DNA of 64,000 nucleotides from Enterobacter phage EspM4VN: sequence record LC373201.2; one strand, 5' to 3'. Shown piece by piece: positions 56,999 to 64,000 of this stretch (position 1 is its first letter; each line of letters starts with the position of its first letter). The notes under the pieces were generated by a model. It saw only the letters and a program-made list of their open reading frames with translations, ran no database searches and was not told where the DNA came from. The position numbers and the translations under genes were made by a program.

Positions 56999-57063
56999 TA
57001 TTAGCCCCTCCCTGTCACCATCCAGGAATCCTGTAGGAATCGAACCTACACGAGGGGGTTATT

Positions 57064-57148
57064 TGGAGCGGGAGAGCAGGATTCGAACCTGTCCAGTGAT
57101 CGTCGCCGATGATCAGTCAGCTACTGGCCAACCCCTATGGCTCCCGCG
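57064..57148 (-). tRNA. atypical tRNA-like element (acceptor and T arm canonical, central region not foldable into D and anticodon arms)
   Basis: GCGGGAG...ACAGG-UUCGAAU-CCUGC-u-CUCCCGC-U-CCA; one extra nt between T stem and acceptor; internal nested hairpin CCAGU...UGAUC-AUCGGCGAC-GAUCA...CUGG. Confidence 0.25.
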
Positions 57149-57255
57149 AAATTAGGACGGGCTTCACACCCGATTGTGCATTTCATCTGCCCGTTTGAAG
57201 GGCGACCAGTGCCTTCTGGTCAGATACACAGCGTGGCTGCAACGCTTACTGTGTT

Positions 57256-57339
57256 TGGTGTGAGTGGATGGATTCGAACCACCGCGCTGTTACGGGGAGA
57301 TTTACAGTCTCCTGCATTCGACCGCTCTGCCACACTCAC
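57256..57339 (-). tRNA. tRNA-Tyr (anticodon GTA)
   Basis: Acceptor GUGAGUG/CACUCAC, anticodon stem GGAGA/UCUCC with loop CUGUAAA, long variable arm, T arm GGUGG-UUCGAAU-CCAUC, CCA. Confidence 0.75.
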
Positions 57340-57586
57340 ATTTGGTCTACCGCTACGTGCTGGGCCACGCTCGAGGACATCGGCCATCCTTCCTCAGCTA
57401 ATCCACGCAGCGGCAGATTTGTTTCAGAGTGTCCGGTGTAGCAACCCGTGAGGTGCGCACTACTGTAGCCTCTACACTCTGAATTTGGTGGGCGTTACTA
57501 TCGTCGTCTTCGGATTCCGTTCGGCTATTGGACAGAGGCTTGGAGCTTGTCGGTTGCGTACTTCGTGCCTATCCACTTTCGTTCAC

Positions 57587-57662
57587 ACCCATTGTCTGGC
57601 GACGATGGCAGGACTTGAACCTGCGACATACGGTTTAACAGACCGCCGTTCTACCGACTGAA
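57587..57662 (-). tRNA. tRNA-Asn (anticodon GTT)
   Basis: 76 nt: acceptor GACGAUG/CAUCGUC, D arm GUUC-AGUCGGUA-GAAC, anticodon stem GCGGU/ACCGU with loop CUGUUAA, T arm GCAGG-UUCAAGU-CCUGC, discriminator G, CCA. Confidence 0.8.
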
Positions 57663-57673
57663 CTACATCGTCT

Positions 57674-57898
57674 TTATCCGTGCTTGTTCGCTTCAATCGC
57701 CCTTAATTGGGCATCAGCGTCAGCTTTGGTGTCATGTGTCCCAAGAACCTTCGTCTTGGTGTGGTCAAGGACAACCCACTTGTCGCCTCGCCTTTCAACA
57801 AACTCGACAATCTCTTTGTTGTCAGTAGCGAGGCCATCCCACTCAGCAATAAAATCACCGAACGTTTTCATCTTACTCACCAATTGTTTATTGAACAA
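57674..57898 (-). CDS. small protein, paralog A (MFNKQLxSxMKTF family)
   Basis: 74 aa; shares its N-terminus and a 40-bp 5' leader with the adjacent paralog. Confidence 0.35.
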   Translation of the reverse strand: MFNKQLVSKMKTFGDFIAEWDGLATDNKEIVEFVERRGDKWVVLDHTKTKVLGTHDTKADADAQLRAIEANKHG

Positions 57899-57907
57899 CT
57901 GGTTTAT

Positions 57908-58162
57908 TTAAACCCCGTACACGATGCCACGGCCTTTCGGTGTCTTACCATTACCGAACCATTTCCCTGTCATCTGAGCAGAGCCTGGTGTACTGGCAAC
58001 AACAAATTCACTACCACCGTGACCTTCTTTGGTGAATTCGGCCTTTGGATTCTTCTTCAGGCAGACCTGTTTCCATTCATCAAAGTCATTGTATTCCTTG
58101 TTGGCTTCGGTCAGGAATTCTTTAAACGTTTTCATGCTACTCTCCAATTGTTTGTTGAACAA
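57908..58162 (-). CDS. small protein, paralog B (MFNKQLxSxMKTF family)
   Basis: 84 aa; tandem duplicate of the gene at 57674..57898. Confidence 0.35.
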   Translation of the reverse strand: MFNKQLESSMKTFKEFLTEANKEYNDFDEWKQVCLKKNPKAEFTKEGHGGSEFVVASTPGSAQMTGKWFGNGKTPKGRGIVYGV

Positions 58163-58559
58163 CTGGTTTATTTAGGTGCTCCCGAGGCGGCATTTCAATT
58201 CCGCGATCCCATCACGCCTGCCGTAGACCGGAGCTTGCTGGCAGTCCAACAATATTTGGTGTTCCCTGAGGGAGTCGAACCCCCAACTTCCGTTATTCTC
58301 AACAACCTTCCCCAGTCCGTGCAGTCTGGTACTCAGATGTCTACCTTCACGTTCGCCTGTATCCAAGCCTATCTCTTCATTTAACCTTACAGCCTCAATC
58401 TGCACGGGTGAAAGAGCTTCAGAGATACTGCCATACAACGGGAACAAAACTGGCGGGGTCTGAGGCTTTTCACCTCACCTGCTGGGTTTGGCCGCCCAGC
58501 CGTTCTCTATGAGGATTCGCTGTCCGGACAGCTATCCCTTAAACTATCGCCCCTCAATT

Positions 58560-58639
58560 TGGTTGGAGGAGAAGGATTCGAACCTTCAACGGCTGCCGCC
58601 ATCCCCTCAGGGAATGTCTACCCCTTCCATCATCCTCCA
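58560..58639 (-). tRNA. tRNA-like element with U1:A72 acceptor; anticodon assignment uncertain (possible UGA/Ser-type loop CCUGAGG)
   Basis: Acceptor UGGAGGA/UCCUCCA, perfect T arm GAAGG-UUCGAAU-CCUUC, discriminator A plus CCA; D and anticodon arms only fold with wobbles or indels. Confidence 0.3.
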
Positions 58640-59398
58640 AATTATTGTGTGACCAACCAAGGACTGTCAACCCTTTATCCCGTTTGTGCATGATCAGTTC
58701 ATGCAGGCCTCTTTGTGCTGCCTCACGGCAACGCGCTTCTGCTGGTCATTGGCTTGCACCGTAGCCTCACAACAGGCGTTTATTTTTCCAGGGCTTTCCA
58801 CTTGCAAGTCTTGACCATACAGGGATACGGGCTTGCAAGATCGGGTTGGTAACAACTCTGATGGCTCTGAACGTTCTTTTCACTAGTCATCCACAACTGA
58901 TATTCGGATGTCCAGAGCCATCAGAGTTGCAGCCAGGCTACAACCCGCACTTCAGTGTCTTCGTCACACTTCGGCACTTGTCCTCTACGCTCGGACCAAA
59001 CGAGGCTGGCCGACATAAACATAACACCACTCATCACTAGAGCGAGGATGTGGTTGATAGCCACGATGTATGCCTCTGTCGCAGAGTGATCACGCTTGTC
59101 AGGATGATCACTGTTTTGCAGTACCTGCCGCAAAGTAGAGTTCTCTGAACTTCAATGACCCCTCATCTTGTACTATCGCCGTCGGGAACGTTCACCATGT
59201 GAATCAAACCTTTAGGTTAAGTTCAATGTCCAGAGGACTCTACTTTGCGTTGTGGGGGCAAACCCCCACACGGCTACTTCTTTAACAGGGATTGCTAGCC
59301 CTGGGGATTCCACTGTTTAAGGCTTTATCCCATAACGCCTGAGGCGTGTTCTCAAACTAATAGAGTTTGCTTAATTGCAAACTGATGTGGCTATGGGA

Positions 59399-59519
59399 CA
59401 CATCTGTGACGTATCTCTTATCCGGATTCGAACCGGATTTATCCTGGCAGAGGAATCTAACCCCTTTACCTCGTGGCAACGAGGACGGTCAACAGACCTC
59501 AAGATACGTCACAGATGTG
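59399..59519 (-). ncRNA. tRNA-like element flanked by a perfect 17-bp inverted repeat
   Basis: CACATCTGTGACGTATC ... GATACGTCACAGATGTG encloses a 6-bp T-arm-like hairpin AUCCGG-UUCGAAU-CCGGAU and an anticodon-like hairpin CCUCG-UUGCCA-CGAGG (GCC); no CCA. Confidence 0.3.
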
Positions 59520-60382
59520 TTGCCCGTCACTTGCCAGAGATCGGGGCGGATGGTAAGACTTCGCTCACATCTGGGAGGACACTGCTGTCGTTCGCGACCG
59601 ACAACCACTCAGATATATTTCAATCATGTTGTGGTGCAATGCCCTCTCAGATGTCGGCGGGAGCTTATTAATCACACCCTCCCGCCTATTGTTAGTGCGC
59701 CGAATTTTGTTATGAGGAGTCGGAAGACCTCACTGACTTATAGGCTATTACGCCGCCATCAGAACTACATCATCGTTTGCATTTATTTTTGTGGTCTGTT
59801 TCTAAAAACCCGCAAAGTCACGCACAACGAAAACGAAAACCTGTTTGAGCACAAGACGCCATGTCCTGGGTTCACATCGAAGTGTTTGTCTAGTGCCCAA
59901 ACAGCTTTTCGTTCAGTGGGTTAACTATACTTTGTAACCCGTTATTGACAAAACTTTAAATCTGCCGGAACTTACGCATCCGGCCTCGCCTGTTGGTGCT
60001 CCTTCGAATCCGGGAAGATCAGCAGGAACTATGAATCAAGTTAATTCGACCAACAGGAACCTTTGTGTTGCCCTTTGACGCAACATTATGAACCCTCTGT
60101 GAAGACTCATAATGTTGTCGGCGTGATGGAACCTGGCAGATCCGACCTCCCCTATATGTTGGTGTCGACTTGCCAACGGGGTGCTCTCAAGCATCTGAGC
60201 TAATCACGCTACAACAGGGAGTTTCGTTCTCCGACGGTCAGTGCGTCCACTAACACCATGCAAGGTGGATATTCCGCCTCTATTCACACAAGCCCCTGAG
60301 ACTAGGGGTTAACTGGTTTTGGGCTGCAAACCCGACTCCCACTGTGCTGTTTCCCTCGTGTTTAATACTTTACCGCAGACCA

Positions 60383-60559
60383 GCTAATTTGAAAAGTCCT
60401 CTCCTCTTTGAGCTACACTGCCCACAGCAGTGCGGACGAACCTTCACTCAAAACCGGATGCGCCGAAGTGGGCGACTGAGTACCGGACTGATCGGGTAGA
60501 CCCAGGAGAGTAAAGGTAATCCCGATCAGGAGGATAAGGAGCAACATCATGTAAAACAT
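60383..60559 (-). CDS. 58-aa small membrane peptide
   Basis: GGAAGGGAGGGAAC RBS then MFYMMLLLILLIGITFTLLGL...; below the ORF-track cut-off. Confidence 0.2.
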
Positions 60560-60616
60560 AGTGTTCCCTCCCTTCCATGCAACTAACTTTACTGCAATTC
60601 TGTATTGAATAAAGCG

Positions 60617-61189
60617 TTAATTTAACACTTTTAACTTCACATCGCGCTCGAGCAGATACACATATTCGCGAGCGGCGGCCAGCGACATATAATGGGTGGA
60701 CGGGATGCTGTGTTTGTTCAGCGTCTCTTTTAATTCAACGCGCTCAGCCCAACCATTAATGGATGTGCCGTAGAAGCCGATGATAGCCGCAAAATAAATG
60801 TTGCTAGTCTCAGGCTCCAGGATATAGTTCACCGTGAAGCACACCTCGGAGCGGATTGCTTCAAGCTTGATGCCGACACGAGTGCTAGGATAGTCGTTGG
60901 CCACACATAAATGGCGGAAGCGGTCACGCCTGGCTTGTGACGATTGCGTTAATTCGGATACCAATGTCGCCGTGGCATCGATATTAAAGGAGAAAGTGGA
61001 AGCCGTGTTCAAATCTGACTTTGCCCGATCTACCGCAGATGGGGGAACACGGCGGAAATTGACTTCTTTACGTGTCAGGCGCTTCACTTCGGCGGATATA
61101 TCTTCAAACGAAATATCCTTTGATTTCTTCCCTTCATATTTCTCTAATAAAGGAATGATATGTTTCGTGATGGCAGTGTTGATGTGCAT
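60617..61189 (-). CDS. hypothetical protein in an AT-rich island
   Basis: 190-aa ORF whose base composition is lower in GC than the surrounding genome. Confidence 0.4.
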   Translation of the reverse strand: MHINTAITKHIIPLLEKYEGKKSKDISFEDISAEVKRLTRKEVNFRRVPPSAVDRAKSDLNTASTFSFNIDATATLVSELTQSSQARRDRFRHLCVANDYPSTRVGIKLEAIRSEVCFTVNYILEPETSNIYFAAIIGFYGTSINGWAERVELKETLNKHSIPSTHYMSLAAAREYVYLLERDVKLKVLN

Positions 61190-61522
61190 GAGAGGTTCCT
61201 TAATATATGGTTAATTGACCACACTATTATATTGGTGAAGGTGTTATTGAATTAAAGGCCAACAAAATAGGAGCGCGGTTTATTAATAGGCAAAAACTAC
61301 TTTTCTACACCACTCAGAGACTGTATCTTACTGTGGTGCCCTTTGAGTTGTGAGTGTTAACGAACAACGAAAAGCAGCCTCCATGGCTGTGGAATGGGAC
61401 TGCCTGTCAAGGCGGTGTTACGAGCGAAGCGAGTAGGTTAATATAATCGATATATCGCGAGCGCGAGGAAGCCATTTCAATCTGCTCCGGCTAAATATCT
61501 TCAACACCATATTCAAGCTCAG

Positions 61523-63316
61523 GTGATGGAGATCAACATGGCCACACAAACAGTTCCCTCACTCGATGTCAGGACTTTCGAGTTCCTTCTCAAGAAGCGA
61601 ATGAAAGCAGACCCGACCTTCAAAGATTACAACTTCGAAGGTTCCGGCCTCAGTGCCATCATTCGCCTCTTGGCCTCGGATGCCAATGCCGTCGGGTATA
61701 TGCAGAACATGCTGAATGGCGAAAGTCATCTTCACTCTGCCCAACAGCGTTCCAACGTCGGCCTCGCGGCGGGGTTCCTTTCGTATACCCCTGACAACTA
61801 CAAGGCGGCATTCCTGTATGCCAACGTGACTGTCACTCCATACGATGCCAGCACAGCCCCTGATACAATCGTGATTGACCGCCGCGCGATGTTCATTGGA
61901 GCGAAGGACGGCAAGTCCTATAACTTCACTGTCGACACGCCTGTCAGCGCCACGCTGGTTGACGGATCATACAAGTTCGAAAATCTGAAGCTCGTCCAGG
62001 GCAACTGGTTGTACAAATCATACGACGTCGAGGGTAGTGCGATCTCTTCTTATGTGATCCCGTCTTCAACTGTTGACATCAACCACATGGTGGTGCAGGT
62101 GGCGGCTTCCGACACAGCAGATGAGACTAGCACATATTCCCGTTATGTCAGTCCGTTCGACCTGAGCCAATACGCCCAGCTCTACTTTGTGGAACTTGGC
62201 CTGGATGGGATGTACACCTTTGAATTCGGTGATGGGTACATCTGCAAACGCGTCGAAGACGGGAACGTCGTCTATCTGCAGTATCTAGAGACATCTGGTG
62301 AAGATGGTAACGACATCACCTCTTTGTCTTCTGCTTCATCTATCGGTGGCTTCAACCTCGTGGACGTTGAACTGGTGTCGGAGCGCTCATCAGGCGGTGC
62401 TGCCCCAGAAAGCATCGAAGACACGAAGCGCCTTGCACCACTGGCGTACCAGGCTGAGGGCGCGGCTGTTGCTGAGATGGATTATGCTGTGTTGACAGAG
62501 CGTCTGTTCTCCAATGTATCACGCGCTAAAGCATATGGCGGAGATACGCTCTCTCCTCCCGACTCCGGATACGTGTACATCGCTGTCATCCCTACTACTG
62601 GTGAGACGCTTTCAGACGCCGAGAAGGCAGATATCGTGGCGACGTTAGACAAGTATAATGTTGGGACCATCACACCCAAGATCGTTGATGCTGATATCAC
62701 GTACATCGATGTCACCACAACCGTGTTCTGGGATCCGACTTCTACTGCGTTCAATGAAGAGCAACTCAAGGTCGTTGTGTCAAACGGTGTTGTCAATTGG
62801 GGTGCATCTAACCTTGAAGGATTCGAAGAGTTGTTCGACAAAGAGCAGCTGCAAGAAGCCATCACAAAGATGGACCGTTCTATTGCGTCCAACATCGCAT
62901 CCGTGAAGTACAAGCGCCATTTCAGGCCGGACTACGGGGTTCTGGACAGCTTCACGTTTGACTTCGACAGGTCTATTGCTGCTGGCTCTGTGCGCATCAG
63001 TGGGTTCAAGCCGCTTCCGGCTGAGGTGGATTTCACGTACTACATACGAGACGTCAGTGGTGTGTTGAATATGTACAAGGTCAGCACAACCGATACGACG
63101 AAAGAGTATCTGGTGCAGGCGGTCGGTACTGTGGATTATGTGAATGGTGTTGTGGAATTGCAACAGATCACTGTATCGAACTACAATACCGAGGGTGTGA
63201 CTATCGTGGTGTCACCTGATGGTCTGAATCAGAACCTGCAGGCGGTGCAGAACCAGGTATTGCGCATTGGCACAGTGGCAGTCCTGCCGGAGGTGCGTTA
63301 TGTCCAAAGATCTTAA
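61523..63316 (+). CDS. 6: baseplate wedge subunit gp6
   Basis: FKDYNFEGSGLSAIIRLLASDANAVGYMQN matches T4 gp6 FLDYDFEGSRLNVLCDLLAYNTLYIQQF; similar size (597 vs 660 aa). Confidence 0.7.
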   Translation: MMEINMATQTVPSLDVRTFEFLLKKRMKADPTFKDYNFEGSGLSAIIRLLASDANAVGYMQNMLNGESHLHSAQQRSNVGLAAGFLSYTPDNYKAAFLYANVTVTPYDASTAPDTIVIDRRAMFIGAKDGKSYNFTVDTPVSATLVDGSYKFENLKLVQGNWLYKSYDVEGSAISSYVIPSSTVDINHMVVQVAASDTADETSTYSRYVSPFDLSQYAQLYFVELGLDGMYTFEFGDGYICKRVEDGNVVYLQYLETSGEDGNDITSLSSASSIGGFNLVDVELVSERSSGGAAPESIEDTKRLAPLAYQAEGAAVAEMDYAVLTERLFSNVSRAKAYGGDTLSPPDSGYVYIAVIPTTGETLSDAEKADIVATLDKYNVGTITPKIVDADITYIDVTTTVFWDPTSTAFNEEQLKVVVSNGVVNWGASNLEGFEELFDKEQLQEAITKMDRSIASNIASVKYKRHFRPDYGVLDSFTFDFDRSIAAGSVRISGFKPLPAEVDFTYYIRDVSGVLNMYKVSTTDTTKEYLVQAVGTVDYVNGVVELQQITVSNYNTEGVTIVVSPDGLNQNLQAVQNQVLRIGTVAVLPEVRYVQRS

Positions 63317-64000
63317 TAATGGCCACAATGGGGTGAAGTATGAAACCCCGTTGTTCTACCAGAACGAATTCCCTGCGTTCATTGAGTTCATGGATACGTT
63401 CTTCAATTGGCTGTATCGCCAACAGGGGTTCACTGAAGAAGAGATCTTGTCGTATCTTGCGGACCCAGAGGCTTGGGTGAATCCGAACACTGAAGATTCA
63501 CCTCTCATGCAGTTGATCGACATCAAGAAGCGGAAGACTCCTGGCACAGAGGCCAAAGACTTCTTGGAAGACAAGTTCCTGACGCGCACCTTTGAAGAGA
63601 TGATGGCGCTGGATGCCGAGGATCTCTTGGACGTTGATGGTCGACCTTTGTTGTCCATGGAAGACAAGAACGAACGCATCGACGACTGGTATGATGATTT
63701 CGGTTTCCAGAGAACGGTGGATAAGAACTTCCTTGAGTTTGGCCACTTCGTGCCTGATGGATCAGACTCTCTGGTGACCTCAGACGGCGACACGTTCTCT
63801 GTGTTTGTGGCGGGGATCCGACGCCGAACTCTAGACCATGTGCGTTGGTTGAAATTGCTCAAGCACATATATCGTATTCGTGGCACAAAGAAAGCTATCG
63901 AACTGTTCTTCTGGATTTACTTTGGATGTCCTGTGTCTGTATACTATCCAAAGGAAGAGATCGGCGGCCTGGATGATAACTTTGAATGTGATGGCGCAAC
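63300..64000 (+). CDS. next baseplate gene (gp7 position), N-terminal 233 codons; continues beyond the window
   Basis: Open frame from an ATG overlapping the gp6 stop (MSKDLNNGHNGVKYETPLFYQNEF...) with no stop before the window end; identity only by synteny. Confidence 0.35.
   Translation, partial: MSKDLNNGHNGVKYETPLFYQNEFPAFIEFMDTFFNWLYRQQGFTEEEILSYLADPEAWVNPNTEDSPLMQLIDIKKRKTPGTEAKDFLEDKFLTRTFEEMMALDAEDLLDVDGRPLLSMEDKNERIDDWYDDFGFQRTVDKNFLEFGHFVPDGSDSLVTSDGDTFSVFVAGIRRRTLDHVRWLKLLKHIYRIRGTKKAIELFFWIYFGCPVSVYYPKEEIGGLDDNFECDGA

Noticed and set aside
58172-58447. 91-aa minus-strand ORF
   Set aside because: It overlaps a tRNA-like T-arm element and the shared leader of the paralog pair, with no RBS; likely spurious
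59367-59924. 185-aa plus-strand ORF across the tRNA-like and structured region
   Set aside because: It overlaps the inverted-repeat tRNA-like element and hairpin-dense DNA, has Arg/Ser/Cys-rich low-complexity translation and no RBS; treated as non-coding
1-64000. CRISPR array, integrase/transposase, rRNA
   Set aside because: I found no regularly spaced direct repeats, no tyrosine or serine recombinase or DDE motifs in any ORF, and no rRNA-like sequence. The only repeated units are the 40-bp leader duplication and the terminator-associated TTATTGAAGAACG pair
1-64000. T4 late-promoter consensus TATAAATA
   Set aside because: I looked for it upstream of the structural genes (gp2, gp6, baseplate hub) and found only near-misses (TATAATAG at 8858, TATAATAC at 7236), so I do not call T4-type late promoters here

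Overview
This 64-kb window is a segment of a lytic myovirus with a T4-type core gene set. Gene order is rearranged relative to T4. GC content looks close to 50% by eye, and the well-expressed genes use enterobacterial-style optimal codons. The placement as an Ackermannviridae-like or other distant T4 relative is inference only.

The + strand from 1 to 12 kb carries a replication and nucleotide-metabolism module: a dNMP kinase C-terminus, a MazG-type dCTPase/dUTPase (gp56-like), UvsX, the gp41 helicase, and an unassigned 409-aa zinc/OB-fold protein sitting where T4 has its primase. It also carries a strongly codon-optimised PspA/IM30 homolog, ATP-dependent DNA ligase, and a gp59-like helicase loader.

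From 12 to 50 kb a long minus-strand block follows (gp2 is the only + exception).
- Baseplate hub genes: a gp29-like tape-measure protein, gp27, and a structural protein.
- A bPH membrane protein and dCMP deaminase.
- A run of small accessory genes: HAD phosphatase, metallophosphoesterase, QueC-like PP-loop ATPase, DexA-like DEDDh exonuclease, and a macro domain.
- Topoisomerase II (gp52 plus a fused gp39+60), a Hoc-like Ig protein, and rIIB/rIIA.
- A LemA plus TPM-like membrane gene pair.
- A candidate DNA-modification cluster (P-loop kinase, 411-aa enzyme, HAD 5'-nucleotidase), a lipoprotein, and DNA polymerase gp43.

From 50 to 56 kb there are promoter-driven small genes, an H-Y-E class ADP-ribosyltransferase/Tpt1-like gene, and a fold-II PLP enzyme.

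From 56.5 to 60.4 kb lies an RNA-rich region. It holds three canonical tRNAs (Ser-GCT, Tyr-GTA, Asn-GTT, all minus strand) and several atypical tRNA-like elements, including one flanked by a 17-bp inverted repeat. It also holds tandem paralogous small ORFs and about 1.5 kb of hairpin-dense noncoding DNA.

From 61.5 kb onward are baseplate wedge gp6 and the start of the next baseplate gene.

I found no integrase, transposase, rRNA or CRISPR array. Rho-independent terminators are frequent. At least eight conserved genes are interrupted by single-base indels at short G/C runs, most likely sequence errors. All coordinates and motif calls were made by eye, without search tools.
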